Origin: Pristiophorus japonicus
Taxonomy: Eukaryota
Reading direction: 5' to 3'
NCBI RefSeq assembly: GCF_044704955.1
Contig: NC_091989.1
Coordinates: 85,684,001-85,748,000 of the forward strand
DNA length: 64,000 nucleotides
The first letter of the stretch is position 1. Every line of letters begins with the position of its first letter. The translations under genes were made by a program, and so were the position numbers. Under the pieces are notes generated by a model. That model had not been told where the DNA came from. It was given only the letters and a program-made list of their open reading frames with translations, and made no database searches. Positions 12,497-24,800 of the stretch are shown here, piece by piece.

Positions 12497-12617
12497 AAAG
12501 CCTACTGCATCTGGTATGCCCAGGCGGTCAAGCATCCAAGTACTAACCAGGCCAAACCCTGCTTAGCTTCTGAGATCAGACAAGATGTGTCGTTTTCAGA
12601 CTAGTGTGGCCATAGGT
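12497..12617 (-). rRNA. 5S rRNA-derived copy (probable pseudogene)
   Basis: Reverse complement matches 5S (..AGAAGCTAAGCAGGGTTTGGCCTGGTTAGTACTTGGATG..GCCTGGGCATACCAGATGCAGTAGGCTTT) with several substitutions. Confidence 0.9.
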
Positions 12618-12618
12618 C

Positions 12619-12738
12619 AAGACTACTGTACCTGGTATTCCCAGGCGGTCTTCCATCCAAGTACTAACCAGGCCTGACTCTGCTTAGTTTCCGAGAGCAG
12701 ACGAGATCGGGCGTTTTCAGTCTCGTGTGGCCGTAGGC
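12619..12738 (-). rRNA. 5S rRNA-derived copy (120 nt)
   Basis: GCCTACGGCCACAC...GCCCGATCTCGTCTG.TCTCGGAA.CTAAGCAG..TCAGGCCTGGTTAGTACTTGGATGG.AGACCGCCTGGGAATACCAGG; the internal control region is recognisable. Confidence 0.92.
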
Positions 12739-12858
12739 AATTATCCATACAACTATGATGGCCCGAAACAGCTGTTGGCTATTTTATGAAATCAACGAAT
12801 GGATAGCGTACAGGTCAAATGTTTTGCTTTATCTGAATTGCGTTCTTTGCCCAATTAG

Positions 12859-13164
12859 CTTCCCCTGCTCCGGTAAAAATTGTATCCATCGCATCCGAAG
12901 GTGCTTCAGCCTTTTATTTGAAACTCCAGTGCAGAACAGCTGCATTTTACCCGAAAGACTTTAACCTCACCTGGTATAAAAATGATACCGCAATACGGAT
13001 TGGATTTATAAATGAACAGCAGGAAAAGACAGAAGGATTGTATGAAGTTATCAGCTCATTCGGGGAGACACAGCCAATTTTGCGCGGCACAGTTTACACC
13101 TGTCATGTCCATCACGTTTCTAACTCAACTCCAGCAAATGCCAGCTGCACCGTTGATAATGAAG
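12859..13164 (+). CDS. Ig C1-set domain exon, receptor copy 1
   Basis: aattag|CT...GAA G|gtaata, 306 nt, phase 1-1, open. LQCRTAAFYPKDFNLTWYKN...GLYEVIS...VYTCHVHH is a canonical C1 motif set. Confidence 0.93.
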
Positions 13165-13962
13165 GTAATATTATATCATACATGGTATTTTAATCAAGAT
13201 TCCATCGCACGTTGGTTATTTCGATCAGAGGAGAATTAAGTTGGATAGAGGCAACTTATCCAATTGTGGACACAATCATCAGCATAGTTTACATTATTAA
13301 GACCAACTGACATAAAATTGCAAGCTCACAAAGGGAGAGGACGGTGAAATTGGATGCCAGAAACAAGAAACGTTAGTGAGGGTTGGAGGTGTGGAGTAGG
13401 GTATATGAAGACCTTCATATCTGCAGGCACCAAGCAGGTCAGCTCCAGTATCATCAGATGCACAGTGCGGCTCCCTCGGCACTATAACAAATATGGAAAA
13501 TAATTAATTTGATCGCATTTGTAGAAGTATGCAAATAGCCTTGGTTACGAGTGACTGCAAGGAGAATCTCGACCGAATTTGTAATGTAATGTTTTTCAGA
13601 GTTTCTGATATATACTGATCAGAGAAAGTACCCAAAAGGAATTTGCTATTTTTCAACATGTCATGACCAGATGAATTCTTATTTAATGGGCTTTACTTCG
13701 ATCAATTAGAAGAGGACCATTTGGTGTGCATTTATTCACCATATTTCGCATATCTGCTATTTATCCAAACTATTGGGTTGTGCAAAATATTTGCTTCAGC
13801 TTTCATACAAATCCGCTGAATGTAAATATATTGAAATCGATCGCTTGTGGCACATTTTTTTTTCATAGTTGCATATTTAGAAAAATGCTGATGACATTTA
13901 AAGTTGTGTACATCCGTTTTACATTACATTGTTACTAATTTTGATTTATGTCAATCTGGCAG

Positions 13963-14076
13963 ATTTGGCCTCTAAAATCAATGTTGTTCTGATCGCTGGA
14001 TGTATCGGTCGTGCGGTTATAATTGTACAGTTGGCCATTATGATTGTGAAGGGACTTCAAGTCATTACATCCAAAG
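13963..14076 (+). CDS. Transmembrane exon, receptor copy 1
   Basis: ggcag|AT...AAA G|gtatga, 114 nt, phase 1-1; (D)LASKINVVLIAGCIGRAVIIVQLAIMIVKGLQVITSK; conserved in the paralogue at 34351-34464. Confidence 0.85.
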
Positions 14077-14609
14077 GTATGATCCCTCCCTAATTTCTTG
14101 ATTATTGACATTCTGACAGCACATTATAAAAAATATTTAACGTAGAAGTGAATGGTATTATTGATACTGAATGAAATAATTTGCACGCACATATAGGATA
14201 AAAGTATTGATTGTAGGTCATATCATTGGATGTGGAACTGTTGAATGGCACAATCTGACTGATGGGTTGATGAGAAAATATTTTCAAATATTCATCTTGA
14301 GTGAACTCAAATATTAGATAGTAACTTGAACTTCGCAGGCTCGCAGCTGGAGATTACTAAACCTTATCGGTGGTGCTCTTGTTCTCTATCAGTGGATATC
14401 ATGGGTGCAATGATGTTTGCACAGCTCCATCACCATGAACATAACACAAACGATGCACGCAGGTTTAAAATTCTTGAGATATTTCGTGAAACGTTTAGCC
14501 CTCTTCTAACCTGCAGCTAACCGAATTATTCTTGCATTCATTGGTCTGATGATGAACCGAAATAGTATGCCGGTCTTTGTAATTTACTATAATTTTCTTT
14601 TTCCAACAG

Positions 14610-14653
14610 GCGACAAGAGAAATTCAGTAAAGACTTCTCATCATGATAAACGG
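14610..14653 (+). CDS. First cytoplasmic exon, copy 1
   Basis: ttttccaacag|GC...CGG|gtaatg, phase 1-0; (G)DKRNSVKTSHHDKR. Confidence 0.75.
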
Positions 14654-14995
14654 GTAATGTCAACTAAAAATTTCAGACTTGGCACTCAAAAGTCTTCGCT
14701 TTTAACTATTTTTGAATTTAGTCTTGTTCAATAAAAATACACAATTTATTCTATAAAGATTGAAATATAGAATAATGAACAAAGCGTTTAGAAACTCTCG
14801 TGCCCATTTAAGTAGTTGGATACATTGTTAATTTTAAAGGTCATTAATTAAATAATTATAATATATTTGTTACGCAAACAGCAATTTTGCTAGTCATGTG
14901 ACTAGTAGTTGACTGCAACGGTTCCTGAGTTAAATATCAAATTACACACTAAACAAATGACAGCATCGACAATGCTCGTTTAATAAAGGAAAAGT

Positions 14996-15225
14996 ACAAG
15001 ACTCACTACCTATACTCTATAATTCTCTGATACAGAAGAATTACAAGATTCACTACTTATACTCTATTTCACCCTGTTTAACTCTGCAAAAAGGCGTTCC
15101 AAAAGGTGCTCATTTCTGCTCAAAAAACTAACTCTGTTCAATTCAACACTGTTTAACACTGGAGAAAGGCATTCAAAAAGGTGTTCCTTTCCACTCAAAA
15201 TACTAACTCTGTCAACTCAATTTAC
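14996..15225. repeat. Two small local tandem duplications (~47 bp and ~75 bp units)
   Basis: TACAAGA.TCACTAC.TATACTCTAT occurs twice; AC.CTGTTTAAC.CTG...AAGGTG.TC.TTTC..CTCAAAA.ACTAACTCTGT starts at ~15071 and ~15146. Confidence 0.7.
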
Positions 15226-16177
15226 TCCCATAATTTACTTTTGTTATTTGCACCACCACATTCTGCATTAATTGGATGGTGCATTTCGCTAATTTAAAAA
15301 TATTAACTAGAGTATAGCTCTTATTAATTTTCTACGAAACCCTTTGCGACATCTAGAGTATCCCGAGGCCTTTATGTAAATGCATTGACTCCTTCGGCTG
15401 CCCCTCACACTTCACTGACTCAAATATTAGCATGCAGAGTCGACAACCGAAATAATGATATCCCCTTCTTATCGGAGGCATATTTATATAACGAGTTGTC
15501 TATGTACGAATGCATTTGTTTGATTATTTACTTTAATTCCTTTATTTATGTAACCGTTTACAACTCATATGGGACAGTTTATATTTTCTCATCAGTTAGA
15601 TACACAGAACACCCTAAGCTAAGGAAGATGATATTGAATTACTTGCGTCCACTTATTTCTTTATATTTTAATTCCGAACTAGTCAACGTTCGAACCACAA
15701 GTGTTAGTAATAGTTGCAAAGTACATTCACGCCAAATCAACAATGAATTATCGAGCTATGTTGAATGAATTTTAAAGTTATAGCACAATGTACTGAAACA
15801 GAACATCATACATATAAATAGCACAAATTGATTATTTTTCACTGACATTTAAATCTTATTTTTCCAGAAATCGAAAAATTGCAGAGGTTCTCAGATAGCT
15901 TTCAAACTATTGTACAATGAAATGCATTAATTTACGAGCAGTTAGGAATCTTCAAATCGAGAGGTTTTTGATTATTATTGCCTGTCTAGCTGTATATCAC
16001 AGAAATAAATAGCAATTATTTGATTTACTTTTAATTAAAGTAAAAGTGAAAAATAATATATTGATTTTCAATGATAATACGACTATGCCGCCTCAATTTT
16101 TTGTTATCTGTAATGGTTTCTTGATTCTTGAAACTTGAGAAAAAGAAATTCAATGAATGCAAATATTTACTTTCTAG

Positions 16178-16288
16178 GAAGAGCGAGAGGTAGATGAGGA
16201 GAAGCTGGCATATGCATCTCTGGATCTGATGGGCTCCAATGAATGAGCAAAATCGAAACAACACAAAGGAAGTACAGTGTATGCAGAG
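16178..16288 (+). CDS. Second cytoplasmic exon, copy 1 (ITIM LAYASL, TGA at 16244-16246, then TVYAE)
   Basis: tttctag|GAA...GAG|gtacag, 111 nt, phase 0-0; EEREVDEEKLAYASLDLMGSNE*AKSKQHKGSTVYAE. Confidence 0.85.
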
Positions 16289-16436
16289 GTACAGCTCAAT
16301 TCACATGTGGAAACAATAAACTTACCAATCACAATAAGTTTGGTTTTGAGAAGACATTGAAAATTAATTTGATGTAATTTTCATTTATCTTTTTTGAGGA
16401 AAAATTTAAACATTATTCTTAATGTTTGTTCTACAG

Positions 16437-16565
16437 ACCAAACAAAGTGCAGCTGATAGGAAACTGACTTACATTGCTCTGAATTTCACTGGTTCCAAGA
16501 AAACGTCGAGACCTAACCACAAAGAATCAAATCTGGTGTACGCAGCGGTGAAGACCACCAGCTAA
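16437..16565 (+). pseudogene. Terminal cytoplasmic exon, copy 1 (ITIMs LTYIAL and LVYAAV); open, but downstream of the premature stop
   Basis: ctacag|ACC... TKQSAADRKLTYIALNFTGSKKTSRPNHKESNLVYAAVKTTS*. Confidence 0.82.
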
Positions 16566-17769
16566 ATTAGGCAAACAGGGCAAAGTAGAAAAGATTCGAG
16601 CGACTTGCCAGTCACAGATGCGTTTACATTGCTTGTACGTTTTATTCTGCTATTGCACTTTCTCAAGGCTTCCCTTATTTTCTTATTTCGTGCAACGAGT
16701 TCTTTCTTTCCAACAATCTATCTTGAACATGCAGCATTCCAGCATGTAACTCACGCAATGTGTGTCAATCAAAAACACAGCTGGTTTCTTTGCAAAAGTC
16801 AACGATGCACCCATTCCCTTGACCTCTTCATCAAGTTTGACATAGTGAACCGCTACATTATTCTCTCTTTTTTTGTCTAACGTCCGTTTGCATCGAAAAC
16901 CTTCTCATGATTCAGCTTATACTATTAAAGAAGGGAGAATCTGCATATTTGCACTTCCGTTTTTCTTGTTTGCACGTTTTTCTTCTTGGGACAGCTTTTT
17001 TAACATACGAAATGATAACTAGTTACTTGTTTGTTTATGATATTTAAATGCTTAATGTTCCATTTATTTCGCATCAGATAAATTCTTACTTCATCCCGTT
17101 AACATTCCCGCAAAAGTTGTCACATTTAGTTATGTGTCCTTTCTCACTTACTCCCATTTTAGCGGGTTATATGGTAACATTTTATTTCATTCTTGTATCC
17201 AGAAGATGAACCCAGTCAAATTGTCAAACTATCTCTTCTCTCCAGAGTTGTTGACTGGTTCGTAACTTCCCTGTTTATATATTTTTTTGCTATCGTCCAG
17301 AATTGATAGTTGTTATGCAAATATTATTATTAAAACAATCCAATGCAGTTTCCTCCTCTGACAATATAATCATTTGACATTTAGCGTTATGTTCCATCCA
17401 CAATTCGTCACCTGAACATCACTGATGTGCGATCTCATTGTATAATGATCCAGCAGGATAGGGTCAGTGTCAGATGTGCACTATTTCGCGGCTGAGCATA
17501 TTGTACCAAAGACTGATCACATTTCTAATAATCAGGCCCTCTTGTGACAAGGTTTTCTGCATTTAGTGTCAGCAGAATGTGTATTTACTCGTACAGTGCT
17601 TGAATCCAGTAAACATTTCAGATTCCATCCTAATTTGAGTCATCATCTGAAAAACTTCAGTTTTTAGGTTAAATGGGATCAAAACCATCCCTCACATCTA
17701 TTTTGCTGTCAAGAACACTTATGTGCATCCCCTCAACATCTTCATCCAACATTTATCACCACCTCTCTG

Positions 17770-18480
17770 CCGTCTTCTTAGGCGGTTCCTCGGATGGAGG
17801 ATGACTTGCTTTCATGCCACAAAGAGATGAGTTCAATGGTTTCCCAGGTGTTTCAATGAAGGGCCTAATATTCCCGGTCCTGAACTGCATATTGAAGGGT
17901 GGAAAATATCGGTACATGTATTTTTTTTAATGTGTGGTGGTTCTAGCACACCTGTCACCACACGGGTTTGTCGGAGCTATGTCTTGGTCCAGTGGCAAGG
18001 GTGAAACAAGATGACTGGAGAACAGTTCTTATCACAGACATATCACAGTGTGGGCTGGCCTCTGCTGCCCCTGGGCCCACAGCCGTTCTGGGCCCAGAAC
18101 CCATGTCTCTCCTGGGCCCCATGCACATCGTTCTGCAATTTCTCACCACTCATTCACCCCAACCTCGCCGCTCCTGATATACCTGCCCACGCTCCAATCA
18201 GTGACCTTGACCTTGGTGACGTACTATCCAGTTACCCTCTTCACAACCATCGCCATGCTGTACCAGCTCAAGCTGTACCTTGTAGTGGAATGCCGCCACG
18301 CTGCTCCCGGGCCGTCGTTTGCCGCTTTTTTGACCTCGTCGTGCCACTGATGTTCCCACGCAGGTTTCAGCTGCCACTGTGCCGAGGCTGCCGCTTGCGC
18401 TCCTATTAAGACTCGTACCTGTGTCTTAAGTTCCCACACAGTTCGGGGCCATCACGCTGCACCCAGAAGAGATATCCTCT
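17770..18480 (-). mobile_element. SINE/LINE-derived repeat with an RTE-like tail; paralogous copy at ~44610-45325
   Basis: Tail motif CCTCGGATGGAGGATGACT.GCTT.CA is shared with 41670-41720, 42074-42120 and 44625-44660. Confidence 0.6.
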
Positions 18481-19549
18481 CTATTGGCAACTCTCAGGAA
18501 TTCTACCTTGACCCAAATGCATGCCTATCATATATCGCAGTTCCATATCATGTAACTTCTCCATTGGTATCTGTAGTTAGACTCTCGATCAATCTCAAAC
18601 CATTCAGAACAATGGAGTCCGTACTTTCGACCACAAAATATTCATATTACCAAAATTCCACCCTATCTGAGCAACACAATCCTCATCCTCATCTACAAAT
18701 GCTTCCATGGGCCCGTACCACACTTCTTTACTGAACTTGCCCAGCTATACATCCCACAAACAACCGTGGATCCTCTGATATTAGGTTACACCTTGTTATC
18801 TCCTCCTCTGACCCACAACTAGAGTCAGCAATTTTAAGCACTGCATATCTTCCCTTTGGAATTCACGATCTTCCAAGCTTACTCTTTCCGCCCTTGCTCA
18901 AAAATGTCCAACAACTGTTTAATTTGCCTGCAACATTGCCCCTCCTCAAAAGTATATGTGTTTATTTTCATCCAACTAATCAATGTTTCACTACTTGAAT
19001 TAGATTTATAAAAATTATCAGCGTCCTGTAATAAGGGAATTCGTTCCTTTAACGATCTTCGATGCCATTATAAGTGTGTAATATTGGGAAAATCTTGCTC
19101 TTTGAATGTCATCACAATGTTTAACTTTTACTAGCGTCAATAACACTTCTTCTGATATCAGTTACATGATTGGTGAGCAAGATGCCACAAACAATATATA
19201 AATGCATGTCACATGAAGTTTCTCAATAACGGAAATATGAATTATTCTTGAGAGAAGTGGAGCCGAAATGTGGAGGACTGAAATAATCCGGCTTACATTT
19301 GCAGTAAAAATGCTTAAATATATCTAAGCAATAACTTATATGGATATAATGATGAATATTTTGCCAAAATTCTGTTTCAGTAGTATGGCCTCAAATTAAA
19401 ATGTTTATTACTTGTTGAAATCTCGAGTATTGTTTAGAGAAACGCAGTTTAATTGATCGACACACTGTAGATCATGTAAACACAACAATCTAAACTTACA
19501 TCATTCAGTAGTCATATGTTTGACTTCTATTTGAAGATTTGTTTTGATT

Positions 19550-21850
19550 TTGATGTCAGGTGCTCGATGGGAATGATCGTTAATGACATGGTAACAGGGC
19601 ATGTGGAAAAGCGGAATATAATTAGGCTGAATTTATGAAAGCAAAATTCTGCATGAAAAATCTATTCTATTTTTTTGATGGTTTAACTAACAGGGTGGAA
19701 AAGCTGGAACCAGTGGATGTGGAATATTAGGATTTTCTGAAGGCGTTCCATAAGGTGCCACACAAGAGGTTGTTAACACAGCATTGGGTCTCTTGGTTTT
19801 GAGGTAATATATTAGCATGGACTGAGGTTTGGTTAAGAGACCGATTAATGATCCTAATCGGGACAGCCTTCCTTACTTTCCTTCTCCTTGCACACTGGAT
19901 CAAAGCTCCTCCAAGATTTCCCGCTTCATTAGCCCTGAACATGAATCATTCCACAATGCTCTCCGTTCTCCACGCTCATCTTGAGCATAAGATCCACTTC
20001 TAGATCCCTATTTCCACGAAACTGCTGACCATCCAACTTCCTTTTATGCACCCATATTAACCAACATGTTAACGGATCACACTCTTTCGGTACCGTGCAT
20101 CTCTCCATCAAATCTGCCTTCATCACTCAACTCCTCAAATAAAAACCTTGACCACTCAGTGCTTGCAAATTCTGCCTCATCTCCAAACTCCCTTCCCTCT
20201 ACAAATTCCTTGAATGTGTTGTCAGCTTCCAATTCCGTGCATATCTTTTCTGGAACCATATGTTTGCATCCCACCAATCCACATTACCAAAACGTCACTC
20301 ATCAATGTCACAAATGACATCATTTGTGACCGTGACAAATGTAAATATCCCTCCTCATCCTTTTCGACCTGTCTACAGCTTTTGATACGGCAGATCACTC
20401 CATCTTCCTCCATCACCACTCCACAATCATCCAGTGGGGTAGGACTCCACTCCCCTGGTCCTATTCTTTTCTATCTAATCATATACGGGAAATCGCTGCT
20501 ATACTATCTATTCCCCATCTTCCATTAATACCTCTGAGGCCTCCCAAGGATATATTACTGGCCCCTCCTATATGCTGTCCATTGGCGACATCATTCAAAA
20601 ACACAGCGTAATTTTCCACATATTTGCTGACGACAGCCAACTCTACCTCCCCACCACTTCTCTCGATCCATCCAGGAAAAACTAAATTGAGACGCTGCTT
20701 GTCCAACATCCAGTACTGGATGAGCAGCACTTTTCTCCAATTAATTATTGGGAAGGCCAAAGCCATTGTCTTTGGGCCCTACCTCTATCTCGCTTCCATA
20801 GCCACTGAATCCATCCCTCTCGCTCGCATTTTTCTGAGGCTGAACCAGACTGTTCACAATGTTTGTGTGATAATTAATCCACAAATGAGCTTCTGACGAA
20901 ATATCCGTGATATAATACGATCAGCTATTTCCAGCTCCATAATATTTCCCATAACCAGCCCTGCCTCAGCTCACCTGCTGCTGAAACACTCATCCATGCA
21001 GTTTCGACCTCGAGTCTTGACTATTCCAATGCACACGTGGCTGGCTTCCAAAATTTTATACTACATAAACTTGAAGTCATCTAAACCTCCTTGGGGGACC
21101 TCAGAGGTATTAATAAAAGATGAGGAATAGACAGCATAGCAGCTGATTTCTTGGATATGATTAGATAGAAAAGAATAGAACCAGGCGAGTGGAGTCCTAC
21201 CCCACTGGATGATTGTGGAGTGGCGTTGGAGGAAGATGGAGTGATCTGCCGTATCAAAAGCTGCTGACAAGTTGAAAAGGATGAGGAGGGATATTTACAT
21301 TTTTCACGGTCACAAATGATGTCATTTGTGACATTGATGAGTGACGTTTCGGCAATGTGGATTAGTGGGATGCAAACATATGGTGTGTGTAGAAACTTGC
21401 ACCAAGTCCCGCTCACCCATTACCCCTGTGCTTCCTGACCTATATTAGTACCCAAATGAACAATGGCTTGATTTCAACTTTTTCATCCTTGTTTTCTAAT
21501 CCCCCCATGATCTCGCCCCTACATATCTCTGTCTTCTCCTTCAGCTTTAATAAACCCCGAGTTATCCGTGCTACTCAAATTCTGCTTCTTGAGCATCCCT
21601 GATTATACTCGCTCAACCATCAGCTGCTGCGCCCTAATTTATGGAACATCCTCCGTAAATCTATCTGCCTTTCTAGCTCTCATTCCTACTTTAAGTTGCT
21701 CCTTAAAAACTAACTCTTTGACAAAGCTTTTGGCCATCTGCCCTAATTTCTTAAGTAGAATTATGTCATGTTGTTCTCTTATAACAATCCTGTGAAGATC
21801 CTTGGGACGCTTCATTATGTAAAGGCGCTATATAAATAAAATATTTTATT
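19550..21850 (+). mobile_element. Old CR1 RT fragment followed by a decayed L2 LINE; paralogous remnant at 46380-47295
   Basis: DFLKAFHKVPH-like remnant; L2-like RT remnants (AAFDT.DH, FADDSQLY) and tail GGCGCTATATAAAT...TTGTTGTT. Confidence 0.75.
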
Positions 21851-21859
21851 GTTGTTACT

Positions 21860-24800
21860 TTGGCAGCATTAAAGTAGTGGAGTGCCACAAGGGTCAGTGC
21901 ATTTGTCTCGGTTATTTATAATCAATATCCATGACTGACACGATGGGACCAATTATAATATATTCAAATTTGCTGATGATACAAAGCTAGTTTAGCCGCG
22001 AGCAGGTTGCAAACAGGCTGCAAACGAACGTAGACTGGTTAAGTATTTGGCAAGCAATTTGCTTATGGAGTACAATATGCAGAAGTATTAAATTGTCAAC
22101 TTTGGGAGGAAGAATGGCAAAGCAACATTGTATTTAAAGTCAATAAATTTTAAATTCTGGCATTCAGAGAGATTTGCGGGGTCCTTCTAAATGGATTACA
22201 GAGAGTTAACATGCAGAAATATCAAGCAATTAGGAATGCAAATGTAATGTTAGACATTATTGCAATCAGTTTGATGCATAACAGTAAAAACGTCTTTCTG
22301 GGATTATATCAGGCATTTGTGATACCTGGAATACTGTTCATGATTTTGGTCTCCTCAATTAAGGAAGGATGTACTTGCCACAAGGATGGTTACATAAAAA
22401 CATAAGAACATATGAAATAGGAGCAGGAGTAGGCCTTGCGAGCCTGCTCCGTTATTTAATACGATCAAAATTGATCCAATCATGGACTCACGTCCACTTT
22501 CCTGCCCGCTCCCCATAACCACTTATTCCCTTATTGGTTAATAAACTGTCTATACCTCTATTTAATTTATTCCATGTCCTAGCTTCAACAGCTCTCTCAG
22601 GCAGCGAATTCCACACATTTACAACCCTCTGAGAGAAGAAATTCCTCCTCATCTCTGTTTTAAATGGGCGACCCCTTATTCTAACTTAATGGACTCTAGT
22701 TCTAGTCTCCCCTATCAGTGGAAACATCCTCTCTGCATCCAGCTTGTCAAGCCCCTTCATAATCTTGTTAGTTTTGATACGATCACCTCACATTCTTCTG
22801 AATTCCAATAAGTAGAATCCCAACCTACTCAACCTTTCCTCATAAGTCACCTCACTCATCCACGGAATCAATGTAGTGAACCATCTCAGAACTGCCTCCA
22901 AAGCAAGTACATCCCTTCGTAAATATGGAAACCGAAACTGCATGCATTATTCCAGGTGTGGTCTCACCAATACCCTGTATAACTGTTGCAAGACTTCCCT
23001 GCTTCGATACTCCATCCCCTCTGCAATAAAGGCAAAGATTCCATTGGTTTTCCTGATCATTTGCTCTACCTGCTTACTAACATTTTGTGTTTCATGCACA
23101 ATTACCCCCAGGTCCCGCTGTTCTGCAACACTTTGCAATCTTTCTAAATTCAAATAATAATTGTTCTTGGATTTTTTTCTGCCAAAGTGCATGGCCTCAC
23201 AATTTCCATCATTATATTCCATCTGCCAAATTTTTGCCCACTCACTTAGCCTGTCTATTTAATTTGAAGATTTTTTGTGTCCTTCTCACATGTTGCTTTT
23301 CCTCCCATGCTCGTCGCCAACAAGCTTGGCTACATTGCACTCGATCCCTTCTTCGAAGTCGTTAACATAGATTGTAAATGTTGCGGTCCCAGCACAGATC
23401 CCTGTAGCACCCCACTAGTTAATGAATGCCAACTCAATAATGAACCATGTATCACTACTCTCTGTTTGCTGTTAGTTAGCCAATTCTCTATGCATGCTAA
23501 TATATTAGCAACAACCCCGTGAAACTTTACCTTGTGCAGTAGCCTTTTATGTGTCATCTTGTCAAATGCATCCTGGAAGTCCAAATACACCACATCCATT
23601 GGTTCCCCGTTATCTGTTCGGTACATCCTCAGAGAATTCCAGCAAATTTGTCAAACATTACGTCCCTTTCATATATCCATGCAGACTCTGCCTGTCCGAA
23701 TTATGCTTTACCAAATATCCTGCTACTGTTTCTTTAATAATGGACTCCAATATTTTCCCAACCACAGATGTTATGCTAACTGGTCTATAGTTTCCTGCTT
23801 TTTAATCCGCCACCTTTTTAAAATCGGGGCCTTACATTTGCAGTTTTCCAATCTGCTGGGAGTTCCGCAAAATCCAGGGAATATTGGAAAATTACAACCA
23901 ATGCATGCACTATCCCCGCCACCAGTTATATTTAGACCCTAGGATGCAAGCCACCACGTCCATGGGATTTATCAGCCTTTAGTCCCATTACCGTACTGTG
24001 TACCAGCTCCTTCGTGATTGTGATTGTCTAAAGTTCCTCCCCCCTAAAGCACCTTTACTATCCACTATTGGGATATTGTTAGTTTCCTCTACCGTGAAGA
24101 ATGATACAAAGTATTTGTTCAGAGCTTCTGCCATCTCCATGTTCTCCATTACTAATTCCCGTTCTTGTCTTCTAAGGAAACATAAATATTTTAGCCACTC
24201 TTTTCCTTCTTATATACCTATGGAAGCTTTTGCTATCTTTTTTAATATTTCGTGCATATTTACTTTCATGGTATATCTTCCCGTTCTAAATCATTTTCTT
24301 TCGTCATTCTCTGCTGGCTTTTAAAAGCTTCCCAATCTTCAGTCCTCCCACTAGTTTTGGCGACTTAGTATGCCCTTTTTTTTTGGATACCATCCTTTAT
24401 TTCTTTATTTAGTCACTGATGGGTATCTTTTCTGTTACACCCTTTCTTCCTCACTGGAATATATTTTTCTAAGTTTTGAAATTTCTCCTTAAATGTATAC
24501 CACTGTTAAGTAACCGTCCTATACTGTAATCTATTTTCCCATTTCACTTTAGCCAACTCTACCACTATACCTTCAACGTATCCTTTAGTTAAGCTTAGTA
24601 AGCTGGTTAGAGATCGAACTAGGATTCACAAGATTGATTCATGGGATGACGGCGTGCACTTTGGAGGAGAGATTGCATAGCGTCGACTTTCTTTGGAGTT
24701 GAGAAAATGAAATTGAAATGTGTAAAGTACTTAGCGGGCTGCACATTGTAGATGCACAGAGGCTAAAACTATGGGTCTTAATATCAGGTTTAGTGGTCGA

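Larger units (their letters stand above)
12004..12738 (-). mobile_element. Tx1 3' fragment headed by two tandem 5S rRNA copies
   Basis: Tx1 3' end 12004-~12430, ~65-nt linker, 5S 12497-12617, 5S 12619-12738, then target copy AATTATCCATACAA at 12739-12752. Confidence 0.82.

Noticed and set aside
11700-12752. CRISPR-like repeat/spacer pattern of the recurring 15-mer
   Set aside because: Eukaryotic context; the intervening sequences are homologous retroelement pieces and the 15-mer behaves as a TSD.
6321-13164. Rearranging Ig/TCR locus (V segment plus C exon)
   Set aside because: The V exon includes its G strand and ends in a splice donor; there is no RSS or D/J segment, and the ITIM tail is unlike antigen receptors.
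13461-13489. RSS-like CACAGTG + 13 nt + ACTATAACA (also ~33864; a lone heptamer at 26110)
   Set aside because: Off-length spacer, 6/9 nonamer match, intronic and not adjacent to a coding segment; its recurrence is explained by the duplication.
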